Positions 25,601 through 38,228 of a DNA stretch of 64,000 nt are shown piece after piece (position 1 is the stretch's first letter; the number at the start of each line of letters is the position of its first letter). The position numbers and the translations under genes are program-made. The DNA is taken from the NCBI GenBank assembly GCA_030265395.1, contig JARFYF010000104.1, positions 65,903,608 through 65,967,607 of the forward strand. Direction: 5' to 3'. The stretch is from Rhina ancylostomus (taxonomy: Eukaryota). The notes beneath the pieces were generated by a model, which searched no databases, had not been told where the DNA came from, and saw only the letters and a list, made by a program, of their open reading frames with translations.

Positions 25601-28044
25601 GCAAGAGTTTTTGTTTTCTCTTTGGCATTAATGGATTCTGTTGGAAGGTACTGATAGTGATGTCCACATGGTCACTTCGCCAGTAAATATTTGGTGTCCA
25701 GGTACTTCCTAAAAAACTGCCACTTGGTAAATTTAGCAGAAAAATATTGACACTGGTTAAGCTACATAAAGACATTCCACACTAAGTTTGTGAGAGAGGA
25801 CACACGGAGAGAGTTTCAACAGATGAAACTTCACCCACATCAGTAGTAGGGACCCTGAGCACATTATCATTTTTGAAGGCATGTTGCACTACTGGAAGAA
25901 TCTTCCTCTCATTGAGCCCAAGTGATCCTACAGCTGTTCTCGAAGAAGAACCAGGGAAAGTTAATAAGCTTACATTAAGTGCCAGCTAGATTGAGATTCC
26001 CATGTAATGGGCACAAATGAGAAGATCCCCAAATTTCCTGACAGCTGTTTGCCAGTGTTTCACAGATTATTAGACTCATTATGGAGAAAGTAAAGGAGTT
26101 TTCCTTCTGCAGCTCCATAAATTTATCAGAACTACAGCAAAAAACCTAGCTGGAGAACCACCAAACAAATTCCCACTAATTAGGTTTACTTTCATAAGAA
26201 GAGTAGATTATTCCTTGTGGCATGAAGATTTTTGANNNNNNNNNNNNNNNNNNNNNNNNNNNNNNNNNNNNNNNNNNNNNNNNNNNNNNNNNNNNNNNNN
26301 NNNNNNNNNNNNNNNNNNNNNNNNNNNNNNNNNNNATTGATGTTTAAGGGAGACACAGCTGCAACTGCAATATGTGGGCTGGAAAGGGAAAGATTGAAGG
26401 AGAAGATCAGAGATGGCCCAGTATGGGAGCATGTGCATTGGGAGGAGCAGGCAGAGTAACAATCTCCTTACTGAACAATCATCTAACAAATGTGTATACC
26501 TGCATTCATGGATATGAACATATGTTCACTCCACAAGGCCAAAGGTGGTTGTGTGCACCCTTCCAATTTAAATTCCCATGCAATTCCTGGCCAGATTTGT
26601 GATTGGGATGATGAGAAGAGTGCTGTTTCCAGCCTGTCATCCAAACTCATTGTCTGTGTTCTCTGCCCAGCCAAACTTATCCTCTCTGGGGCAGAGGGTG
26701 GACCTCACTGGTTCTTTGTACCCTCAAAGTCAGTGGCAAGATCTCAGAGGCAATTGGGCCTCAGCTAGCGTCACACACGAGCCCTCCCTTCAAACACCCC
26801 AACTTCGCCTTGTGACAAAGCTGTCCTAGATTTTAACCATCTTTAAATCTTTCTGATATTCAGGGTTGTGCAAATTATTAGAATTGAAATAAATAATTTC
26901 AAAATATTTTCTAAATAATTAAGAGAATAAAAAATAAAATGCATACAAAAGCTCATAAATAATTTAAAAAATAAACCAAAATTTTATGTTTTCAACAATT
27001 GATTTACCTCCTCCTTTTCTGCCTATGGGATTTCCCATTCTGTGCTAGATATGACCTGCTGTGGTGTAGCAGAAGCAATTCTCCAAATAATTCTGAGAAA
27101 TCCCAACACAACAATGTCCTGCCAATGGATTCCATGTGGAGTGCAGTGAGAGTGACAGATGAAGCACCATCTGTCACTCAGTAATTCTAAGACTTTCACA
27201 TTTGACCGTGCATGTGGGGATGTCCAAGACTGACTGAAGCTTCATCAGGTGAAGCGGATAATTTCAGGCGGAACCACCAAGTCCAGTTAAGCATGATTTT
27301 TCTGATTGCCTTATTCAGGAATATATGGAATGAATTTTGCTTACAGCAGCATGCATGGAAATGTTTCAAATTTCATGGAGCATTTTAGAAAATGCCGATT
27401 CAGGCGAATTATAATTACTGTAAAATAAACTGTTGGTTGTGTCAGGAAGGTGGTAGTGTCAGTATTTTGAACAATTGAGCTTGAAGAGATTTTTTATCTG
27501 GAGCTCTTTTGTGATTTTGTGGATATTTGGGAACTAAATTGGGCTATGTAATTCTGTGGTTACATAAGCAATGAAAATATAATCATTTGACGTGCATGTT
27601 CTTATGATGGGAAACACACAGAATTTTCTTGTATGGACATGTGAATGGCTTGTGGCTGCTGGTAACATGCTATAGAGGAAGATTATAAGATCAATCAATG
27701 TGCATTGCTGATTTTATACTGCAATTCCAATATGGATCTACACTCTCAAGCCAGCATCATCCATCTTAAACTTGGATATCTGAACAACAGTAGTAAATGT
27801 AATGACAAGCACTCTCTGTCACCCCAAGCACAATTTAAAGCAATCACAATTATTTCTCCTGGCTGCTGGTGCAATGATTTTAGAAGTTTCCAGTATGGTT
27901 AATGTTTGAATACTCTAGAGGGATTGGTCTTGAACTTCATTTTAGCTCATGTAAATCTTGTGCTGAAATACTATCTTCCAGAGATGAGCAAGCTGGCAAC
28001 TGAACAGGAAAAGAGACCTCACAGGGCAAGATAAGCTGCTAGGA

Positions 28045-28287
28045 TAAGGAAGAGAGGGAAGAGGAGGAGGAGGAAGAGGAAGAGGAAGAGGAAGAGGAAG
28101 AGGAAGAGGAAGAGGAANNNNNNNNNNNNNNNNNNNNNNNNNNNNNNNNNNNNNNNNNNNNNNNNNNNNNNNNNNNNNNNNNNNNNNNNNNNNNNNNNNN
28201 NNNNNNNNNNNNNNNNNGGAAGAGGCGGCGGACGAGGAGGCGGCCGAGGAGGAGGCGGAGGAGGAGGAGGAGGAGGAGGAGGAGGAG
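28045..28287. repeat. Polypurine microsatellite (GAGGAA)n/(GAG)n spanning a gap
   Basis: Directly visible tandem repeats on both sides of the 28118-28217 gap. Confidence 0.95.
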
Positions 28288-29459
28288 AAAACTATCAGCA
28301 GTGGGCCACATCCACCAACAGTCTTCAGGATGCAATTCTCTTGTTTCAATGTCAGCAAGAACCATAGCTTGAGACAGCTTTCCTTCACAAAATTGATTGA
28401 AATACGTTAACTGCTCCAGTCATAAAGTGTCAAGATAGGGCAAGGGCAGTATTGTTAGTGACTGTCAAGGTAACCGTGTGATTGGTTCTTTTATGAATGC
28501 TGCTGGAGATAATTGAGGCATTCATGTGAAGCACTCGGTAGCATGTATTTAATGTCCTGACTACAAGACAATGAATGGATGCAAGTGAATTATTCCCTGC
28601 AATTGTCAAACAGTTAGTCAATGTAACTGTGGCCTCTGGAACTTAGAACTCTGGATCAAGTCAGCATAAGTTCATTTTTATATGAGTTTCTTTTTCTTTA
28701 TAAGATACAGTTACAAATAATTTGTGTTTTATGCTCCATAGATAAACTGAGCATGATATACTGTAGATTACTTGGAAAACTATTGAGCATCCGGTGTTAA
28801 AAATTAAATGATTTGTGAGTATTGTGAGTTCTGATGACTGTGTAATTGCCTCTGTAACTTTAAATACCCGATATCCAGTATATCCACAGAATTACTGTAT
28901 TGTCTACAGATTTTATCAAAATTCATACAAAATATAATGTTCATGAATGATGCTGATTTTTCTTTATATCATCAGAATAATTAATTGATAATGTCTACAG
29001 TGGAAATACTACATACAGGAATTTTTCTTTCAATTCATCATAACTTTATTCATTTTGTGATTTTATTCCCTTTCTTAATTTTCCCTGAATCTTTATTTTT
29101 ATTGCCTTACTACATCCTGCTGATTGGTTTACTCAATTTCATTCACTTTCATTCCCCGAGCCATTATTTCCTGTGAAATGGGCTGTAGATAAGACTTATT
29201 TTTATTTAAGAGCAAAGGAGCTGAGGAAAAACTGAATTTGTAAATTTATCATTTTATCCACAGCATATGTGAAGCACATTTTTTGTTTCTGTACAGCTTT
29301 ATAGACTACACTCTGTCATACTGGCACTATAGTAAGTCACACAGAACATAATAGACCATCCATTATCCAAATTCTTATTAACTGTAATCATGAATTCATG
29401 TTGAATGTGTCTTTGTGGGAGAATATGTAGATAATAGTAATCACATTATAAATAGGTTT

Positions 29460-30110
29460 AAAGCAAATACAGCAAGTGATAAATATTATAAATGAAAATG
29501 GCGAAGTAAAATAGAAAAACTTTTAGTGAATCAAGAAGGGATCTAGCACAGATAAACAGGATGAAAAGATTGGCCAAAAAAACATATGAATAAACAGTGG
29601 CAGGTGTTGGTAGTTTGGATACAAAGCAAGCATTTTCCCATAAGGAGAACAGAGAGCACAGCCAAAGCCAGAGTTGCTTGCATGAGATGAAGAAAACAGA
29701 TAATAAATTAAAACAGTAAAAATAAAGCTTATAACAAATATTACATCCAGAATGCAGTAAATAAATGAAGCAGGAAGCAGAGAAAAGAGAACAGGAAGAA
29801 ATTATAAATATTTCAGACAAAGAAAGAATAGGAGAAAAGATTTGTCAGTAATATTTAAAGAACATGTAAAAATACCTTTATATATAAAAGGCGAAGGATA
29901 GTTAAAGCAATAAAGAGCTCACTTAGGGACAAGGTGCAAATATTCTTGTGGACATAGAGGAAACAATAGAAGTACTGAAGGAGGACAGTGCATTTGTTTT
30001 CAAAAGAAGAACACAAGACTAGTCTTGTGGCAAAGGGGAATGGACTGGAAGTATTGCATCTGATAAAACTAGACACATACTGAGGGGCCAAAAAGGCTAA
30101 TTGTATTTGT
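29460..30110 (+). mobile_element. Highly decayed CR1 ORF2 fragment
   Basis: A-rich strand; RRDLAQINRMKRLAKK resembles the CR1 endonuclease-RT linker; many stops. Confidence 0.5.
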
Positions 30111-30369
30111 TAACAAGTCACCAAGTCAGTAGCAATAATCGGTATTTATACAGAGCTTGTAACATAGTAAGGCACATCAATGTGCTTCACAGAATCAGAG
30201 AACATGAGGAGGCAGACACTCTCACAAGATATAAGAATCATCCAGGTGAGCGCTTGAATTGTCAGATATAGAAGGCTATGGACCAAGTGCTGGTAAATGG
30301 GATTAATATAGATGGGTACTTGATGGCTGGCATAAACATGATGGGCTGAAAGGCTGCTTTTGTTCTTTG

Positions 30370-30910
30370 TGACTCTGACTAAAATTTGGTTAAGGAATTG
30401 GATTTCAAGCCAAGTTAAAAGAGGAATGAAATCCAACGAGTCTGAGGGCTGGTTTAGGCAAGAAAATGCAGAACTTAGGGCCGAGGCAGCTAAACCAATG
30501 CAATAAATAACGTAGTGATGATGGGAATGATCATAAGCCCATGACCGGAGGAGTGCAGATAGTTCAGAGACACAGAGGAGTGTGGGACATAGAGTAACAG
30601 TAGAGCAAGAACATGGACAGATTTGAAGGCAAGAACGAGAATACTGAAGACATTGCTTAACTGGGAGACAAGCACAGGGTGGTGAGTTCATAGAACTTGT
30701 TGTAATTTAGGCCTCAAGAATCAGTTTTGCAAATCTCAGATTTTCATAAAGTCCACTGAGGACAGTTGGCCAAAGTCCATTGGCATGGTCAAGCCGAGAG
30801 GCAATGATGGCGTGGATAAGGGTTTTGCCACAGTGAGCCAAGAAGTGGGTTGTTGGGGAATGCTATGGAGGTGGGAAAAAGCAGTCTCGATAATAAGGTT
30901 CCCATTCATC
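30370..30910 (-). mobile_element. Old L2-like LINE fragment
   Basis: Purine-rich plus strand (gatttgaaggcaagaacgagaat..., gtcaagccgagagg...) as expected for the antisense of an L2 3' region; likely continues at 31350-31700. Confidence 0.45.
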
Positions 30911-30921
30911 AAGCGGTCAAT

Positions 30922-31352
30922 TAAGATAAGATAAGATGTACATCGAAACACACAGTGAAATACATCTTTTGCGTAGAGTGTTCTGGAGGCAGTCCGCAAG
31001 TGCCGCCATGCTTCCAGTGGCAACATAGCATGCCGACAACTTCCTAACACGTAAGTCTTTGGAATGTGGGAGGAAACCGGAGCACCCGGAGGAAACCCAC
31101 ACAGACATGGGGAGAATGTACAAACTCCTTANNNNNNNNNNNNNNNNNNNNNNNNNNNNNNNNNNNNNNNNNNNNNNNNNNNNNNNNNNNNNNNNNNNNN
31201 NNNNNNNNNNNNNNNNNNNNNNNNNNNNNNNACCCGGAGGAAACCCACACAGACATGGGGAGAATGTACAAACTCCTTACAGACAGTGGCTGGAATTGAA
31301 CCTGGGTCTTTGGGGCTGTAATAGTGTTACGCTAACTGCTACACTACCATAC
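30922..31352 (-). mobile_element. HE1/V-SINE-like SINE (gap with duplicated flanks inside)
   Basis: Same family as 12563-12860, with a (TAAGA)n tail; 31084-31131 is repeated at 31232-31279. Confidence 0.85.
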
Positions 31353-32194
31353 CTGTCCTGTTATGACCCCAAGCTTCTAAATTGTTTTGGTAAGTTTCAG
31401 ATAGAATTTACAGAGAAGGATGGAGAAGGAGAACAAAATCAAAGTTTTTGTCTTTGCAGGACATACCTCCTTGTCCAGTACTGGATGTCAATCACCAATT
31501 TGACAATTGACAGATGATGGAAATATCAAGAGAGTTGATAATGAAGTGGAAACTTGCAAAGGCTTTTTGGATGATATTGTTCAGGGGCAGCACAGAGATA
31601 AGGAACAAGCGGGAGCCAAGGTAAAGGGGCTGCGAGTGGAAATTGTAGGTGGAGATAAGGTTTGTTGTTGTGGCAAGTGTGTAAGGCTGTAGTGTACTTT
31701 TTGACTGTAGATCCTAGCTCTAATTGGTGCGGAAGTATCATGTGAAGTAATGAGTGAGGGTCGCAGTGTAGTTGTTGGGAGGCAAGTTTTGACATCGTTT
31801 TCACTGACCTTATCTCTGTGTATGAGGCCATTAAACTTCTGGCAGCTCATCTCTTTGACTGATCACATTGATTTTGTTTATTATCTCCTCCCACTATTGC
31901 ATGACCACCTGCCTAGAGAAGCTCCTGCCGACCTATGAGAAATGGCCTCTTCTCTTATCACCTTCTTGTCAATTTAGACCTCCTGAGACACAGCTGAAAA
32001 TCAAGTGTGTCTGCTCTTGCATCTTTTCCATGAAGGTGCCAGGTCCTCCATATGATGCCCTGTCAGTTTTACCATTAAGATTTTCTCTTCATGAGGTGCA
32101 ATCAACAGTGGTTTATCTTTTGACTAATATGAGCAAATTAACCCTTACATTGTCACTAAGAAAGAAACAGCAGGGTTACTACACACTGAATTCA

Positions 32195-33205
32195 TCATTC
32201 ATAGGGTCATACAGCATGGAAACAGCCCAGTGGCCCAACTGGGCCATGCCAGCCAAGACGCTCATCCAAGCTAATCCCACTTGCCCACGTTTGGCCCATA
32301 TCTTTCTAAGCCTTTCATCTCCATGTACCTGTCCAACTGTCTTTTAAAAGTTGTTATTGTACCTACCCCAACCACTTCCTCTGGCAGCTCATTCCATATA
32401 CACATCATCTGTGTAAAAAAAGTTGCCCCACTAGTTCCTATTAAATCTTTCCTCTCTCACCTTAACCCTATGCCCTTTAGTTCTTGATGCCCTAACCCTG
32501 GGTAAAAGACTGAGTGCATTCACCCTATCTATGTCCCTCATGATTTTATGCACCACTATAACATCGCTTATCTCCTACGCTCCAAGGAAAAAAAAGGTCC
32601 TCGTCTGCCCCACCTTTCCCTATCCTTGCAAGTCTTTCCTGTACTCTTTCCAGTTTAATAGCATCTTTCCTGGAGCAGGGTGACCAAAACTGAACACAAT
32701 ACTCCAAGTGTAGTATTACCAACATCTTGCAACATAACCTCTCAGCTTTTATACTCAATGTCCTGACTAATGAAGGCCAGCATACCAAAAGCCTTTATCA
32801 CTAACCTGTCTACCTGTGTCTCCACTTTCAGGGAAACCATGTAGCTGAACTGCAAGGTCCCTCTGTTCTACAACACTCCCAGGGCCCTACATTTACTGTG
32901 GAAGTTCTACTTGATTTGACTTTCCAAAATGCAACACGTTGCATTTATCTGAATTAAACTCCATTTGCTGCTCCTTGGTCCACTTACCCAGCTGATCAAG
33001 ATCCCCTGTAATTTTTGATAACCTTCTTCATTGTCAACGATACCAACTATTTTAGTGTCATCTGTAAACTTACTAACCATTGCTTGTACATTCTCACCCA
33101 AATCGTTGACATAGATAACAAACAACAAAGGGCCCAGCACTGACCCCTGGGGAACACCATTAGTCTAAGGCCTCTGGTCCTTAAAATAACCTTCCAGCAT
33201 TAGTC
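32195..33205 (-). mobile_element. CR1 RT plus 3'UTR, internally deleted
   Basis: GVPQGSVLGPLLFVIYVNDL...SKFTDDTKI; HLEYCVQFWSP. Confidence 0.92.
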
Positions 33206-34374
33206 TCTTGTGTCTCTAATTTATTACCATTCTCTCCATGGATCTAAAATCTTTCTTCAGTGTTGTCTTTCTCCTTGCTTCTGGTAATTTCTTGTCTCTT
33301 TCAGTCTGCATCCTTCTATCTTATGATCTACACGAGCTTTTTGCTGGAGGTTAAATCAAATAACTTCAAAAAATTCATATTAAGCCAATTGACAGAGGAT
33401 CCTGGAACATGTGCAAAATATATATATATAGTTTTTATCTGTGTTCAATCTGAACTTAATTTTCTTGTGAACAATCAATGACATACATGCTAATACAAAA
33501 CATTGCATGCCATTTTTTTTTACATCTTCTTGTCTTCAGAGTCAATTTTCAAAATCTTAAGCATTCCATCTAATTATTTACAAACCCTTCAAATTGGCAG
33601 ATGGGTCCTGCAATATAAAAACTTATATTTGATCCACATTGACTGTGCAAAGTATCTACACTGCTTTTGGGCAGTACGTTTATTAAATCCAGCTTTTCAC
33701 ATTACTTATATTTCCACCAGTTTCCTTCTTTGCATCTAGCCTCCAACTAAGAAAGCCAGCATATGAAACTCTAAAAACTCCAGTGATTGTGTTACTTTGG
33801 CATTCATAGGTACAGCCATTAAGGCAAAACTGAGTGAGTAGAATCTTCATTTGCTTTTTCTTTCAAGCATGGCAGAAGTTTTCACCAGAAACTAAGGAGT
33901 TACAGAATGCAATTTGGTACAGAAAAAGCATGTTGGCACATAAAGTTTCACACCAAAGCAAATCTTGCTGTGAGATGAAACTGCAGAGTGCTCAATAATT
34001 AATGTCAGGTGGACTGGGAAAAATGTCATCAATCCAAAAAAAAAGCTATGAAAGCAATGAATTAGCACTAATTATTGTACATTGTTCTCAATTAAATAAA
34101 CAATTGGCTTTGGTAGAAAGATAATGTTTTAATTAATGCAGCACAAATATTGCAAATTATAGTACTCAAATATTGAATGAACAGTTTTTAAAGCATTGAC
34201 TTAAGATGTGATTTAAACCCATAGAACAGATGCTGGCATGCTGTAATGGTTGTTAACAAGCTAGACACATGTAGCAACTTTCATATAACAACTACCACAA
34301 AAAATTGTGGGTATTAAGCAGTTAATGAAAGAGGAACTTGCTGGAGCTGCCTGTGGCATGGCTGAAACAGTTGC

Positions 34375-34980
34375 CCTTCAGATAGTTATTAAAGATTGGG
34401 GGAAGTGGTAAAACAAGTGGATAGGGAGCAAGTTCCATGAGTGCAGGAGATTAATGACTGTAGCATCTGCTTTTGGATCTGAAAGAGGGTAAAATGAATA
34501 ATAGACTAGTACATTCTGAGACACTGAGAGAAGAAAGATTTCTGGGTAAAGAAATTTGGAAATGAGAAGATTGAAATCAATGTAATAGGAGAGGGAACCA
34601 TAACGTGTGAGTGACAATATGGGAATCCAGGTGTTCATTAATATGTTTGGGATAGGAGTGAAAAATCTATAGATGGATATACCCTTATGTGGTGGGTCAT
34701 AGGAACCTAATGTAAGGAGAATTGAAGAAATCAAGTTTTGAGTGGAAGATGAAGACAAAGTGTATGAGTGAGGTAGAGAGGTTGGTGGGTGATACTTGGA
34801 ATGCTGGCAGGCTGCAGTAGGAGTAACTATGCTGGAACAATGATGATGAGGTAATAATGAATATGAGAAATATAATAGAATTAAACTGGCACAGGCTTGG
34901 GTAGACTTTAAAAAAAATTGTATTTGTGTAATCAAGGATCAAAAGTACAAGACAAATGGAAAATGCAGCTGGAGCGGAAG
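34375..34980 (+). mobile_element. Decayed CR1 endonuclease-region fragment
   Basis: Purine-rich; gcagtaggagtaactatg...ataatag...gtagactttaa resembles the GV.YR...IIMGDFN region; heavily degraded. Confidence 0.4.
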
Positions 34981-35529
34981 GATAATATTTTTTTTTGTTT
35001 TTATCTATGAAAATGCCAGAAAAGATCAATTGTTAATCACTGGATTGTTTAGTTCTGGTTTTTTTTTTTTCAGTACTGTGCAGTCCAAGTTGATTTTTGG
35101 TGACATAAGTCATGATAGTGTTCATTACTGGGTGAAGTTGCACTCATTACGAATTCTTGGTTGCAATCCACCCTAACACATCTTAAATTTCACCAACATT
35201 AGACGTGCTCATAAGAATATTAATCAAGGGCAATGAACATTTTTGCCTTTAACAACATAAGTTGGAGTTCAAAACTCCATGCAGTAACAGCCATGGAACA
35301 ATATCAGAACTAGGAGTATAGCACATTATATTTTTGCTTTACTTATGATTTAAAACAACATTCTTCTGATATTGGGACATTTCATAGGGTCGTATTGAAC
35401 CAACTGTTCAAATACCCCCAAAAGTCGATAGTATTCAACAACCACAAGAAAGTCTCTGTTGCAGTATTTAGCTGCTGAGTTACCCTGTCAATGCCCAGCT
35501 CACTGGTAACACTGCTGCAGCACTCCATT

Positions 35530-35787
35530 ACTGGATGCTCCCAGATAGGTATGGCAGGTTGCACAATCTCCCAGGTGAGGGCTGCCACCACACAGAACTG
35601 AGGAAGGATAGTCTCGGGGTCAGGATAGTCCTCCTCTGTAGAGTATTGCCGAGAGAGAGAGAGCATCGGGCTTCCTGTTCTTGGACCCAGGACGATATGT
35701 TAGTGTAAATTGGAACCTGCCAAAGAATAATGCCCACCGTGCCTGACGGGAATTCAGGCGTTTTGCAGTCCGTATATATTCCAGGTT
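35530..35787 (-). mobile_element. Ty3/Gypsy (sushi/chromovirus-like) pol relic, RNase H C-terminus
   Basis: Minus strand from the gap edge: [44 protein letters not shown], then a (CT)n frameshift into [17 protein letters not shown]. Confidence 0.9.
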
Positions 35788-35964
35788 NNNNNNNNNNNNN
35801 NNNNNNNNNNNNNNNNNNNNNNNNNNNNNNNNNNNNNNNNNNNNNNNNNNNNNNNNNNNNNNNNNNNNNNNNNNNNNNNNNNNNNNNAGCTCAGAGAAAG
35901 CACATCACAATATATTGTTCAGTACTTTTTTTTAATTTATGCACTTTTCAGGTTTTGGGGATTT

Positions 35965-37000
35965 CATCCCAGACTGCATTTATTGCCTGTTACTATTTCC
36001 TAGCGAGAAGGTGGTGGTGAGCCATCTTGAATCGCAGCAATCCTCCTGGTGAAGGTACTCCCATGATGCTTTTCATTGGGGAGTTCCGTGATGTAGGCCC
36101 AATCACAATGAAGCAACAGCAAAATATTTTCTAATCAGGAATACTTCAAAATATTTTCAAACTTGGTGGGGAACCTACGATGTTCCCCATGTTCTCATGG
36201 GCATGTTCTCATGCACCTACTGCCCTTCAGCTTCTCAGCGACAGAAGTCTCAGGTTTGGGAGTTATTTGGGTAGCCTGGGTGAAGAACTGCAGTGTAATT
36301 AAGCTGCAAGGTACCGGTGGTGGAATTATTTAAAGTTTATGGTGGATATGGTGCTAATAAAGTCCTGGATAATACCACACTTCCTGAATGTTGATGGAGT
36401 TGCATTCATTCAGACAAGTGGAGAATACTCCATCACCCACTTGATGTGTCTAGTAGATGGTGGAAAACCTTCATGGTGTCAGGCTACGAGTCATTTGCCA
36501 CAGGATGCCCAGCATCTCATCTGCCTGTAATGGTTCAGCTGAGTTTCTGATCAATGGTGACACACAAGATACTGACACTGGAGAACTCAGTGATGGCAAT
36601 GCTCTTGAATAACAAGGGTAGGTGCATAGATTCTCTCTTGTGGCAGATGGTCATCACCTGGCCCTTGTGTGGCACAAATATTATATCGCTTATCAGTCTG
36701 TGCCTGAATTTGTCTAGATATTTTCTGAGGAATTGAAAATAGAACTGAATATTGTTTCGTCATCATGGAGCAACCCCACTTCTGACCTTATAATGGAGGA
36801 AGATTATCAATGAAGCAGTTGAAGACAGCTAAGCCTAGGATGCTGTGCTGAGGAATTCCAACAGTGATCAGCAGGGACTGCGATGACTGGATTCCAAAAC
36901 CACAGCTATCTTTGTTTCAGGTAAAACTCCAGTCCTTGATGCCCATTGAATTCAGCTTTATCAGGACTCCTTGAAACTGCACTGCATCGATTGCTAGCCT
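35965..37000 (-). mobile_element. Old CR1-group LINE (RT and 3'UTR)
   Basis: gagaaggtggtggtgagccatcttgaatcgcagca is the reverse complement of the 3'UTR at 62880-62980; ttcagacaagtggagaatactccatcac encodes VMEYSPLV on the minus strand. Confidence 0.7.
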
Positions 37001-37132
37001 TGATATCAAGACCATTGGATCTGGAGTTACATAGAGGCATGACAAATTTCAATATAGGTTTTTGCAACATTCTGTTACCATAACTGTGAATAGCTATTCT
37101 CAAAAGAAAATCCAGTTTCATTTAATCAAAGA

Positions 37133-37420
37133 GATGGCACAGTGGCACAGCTAGCTCACTGCACCAGAGACCCAGGTTCAATCTTAACCACAGGCGCTGT
37201 CTGTGTGGAGCTTCTCCCTGTGACTGGTGGGTTTCCTCCGGGTGCTTCACTTTCCTCTCACATCCCTAAGACTTAGAGATTGGTAGGCTAATTGGCCACT
37301 GTGAATTGCTCCTAGTGTGCAGGCAAGTAGTACAAACTGAGGAGGCATTGATGAGAATGTGGGGAGAATAATAAAAAAACAAATAGCATCAATGTAGGAT
37401 AAGTGGAAATGGCTACCTGT
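37133..37420 (+). mobile_element. V-SINE/HE1-like SINE
   Basis: tggcacagtggcacag...gacccaggttcaatc (A/B boxes) followed by gggtttcctccgggtgct. Confidence 0.75.
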
Positions 37421-38024
37421 GATTGCTGATGGTGGGCAGGCTAGGTGAGTGGTGAAGCAGCTCAATGCTGAGAGGCAGTGCTCGGGACAGTATGCTGGCC
37501 AGCACAGTGTATGCAAGCTATTGTTATGGATTGGCACCAGCTGCTCCATATGTTGACAGACTGCCCAGATCTTACATCCTCTCTCATCAGCTCCTGTTGG
37601 ATGTGATGGAAGCTGCTGTCTCTCCATCTCTTTGTGGTTCCTGGCCATCGAGCTTGTTACCATGGAGAAATCTCCAGACATCTCCAGAAGCTGGCCAGAC
37701 AATTCATTTTAAGCCATTGAACCAATAGACTGTTCCAAGTTACAATTATACGGAAGAACCGTTAAATCTCAGTGGTAAAAGTATAATATTTCTCTCTGTT
37801 CAAAAGAACTGGGTGTGGAAGAATTGGATTGCAACCTTGCACTAGCAATTACTTCTGACCAACACTATCTCCCCCAATCCCTGTTGCATTTAATCCTTTG
37901 GATAAAGAAAGGCTCCTTGAGAATGGACAGCAATGAACTAATGATTCATCTTACCGTGCAATCTGGCTTATATTCCTCAACCTTTTGTGGGACGGCCTCC
38001 TTCAGAAGTTGTTGTTATAGGTAG

Positions 38025-38228
38025 AGGTATCAAGATGATAATGTAGTAAATTTGATCAGCAAGTTTGCTGACGCCACTAAGATTGGAGGTGTAGTGGACA
38101 GTGAGGAAGGCTTTCAAAGCTTGCAGAGGGATCTGAACCAAATGGAAGAACGGCCAGAAAATGGTAGATGGAATTTAATGCAGACAAGTGTGAGGTGTTG
38201 CATTTTGGAAGGACAAATCAAGGTAGGA
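38025..38228 (+). mobile_element. CR1 RT fragment running into a gap
   Basis: ISKFADATKIGGVVDSEEGFQSLQRDL; MEFNADKCEVLHFG. Confidence 0.92.

Noticed and set aside
27942-28388. Poly-Ser/Leu/Pro-Leu ORFs and Glu/Ala-like gaggcggcggac variants
   Set aside because: Translations of a GA microsatellite; the variants beside the gap are probably low-quality base calls.
30146-30691. 181-aa and 185-aa (34378-34935) minus-strand ORFs
   Set aside because: They overlap decayed LINE sequence, are compositionally biased and show no host protein motif.
31084-31279. Direct repeat across a 100-N gap (also 61629-61654 versus 61760-61784)
   Set aside because: Near-identical sequence on both gap edges indicates overlapping contig ends, an assembly artefact.
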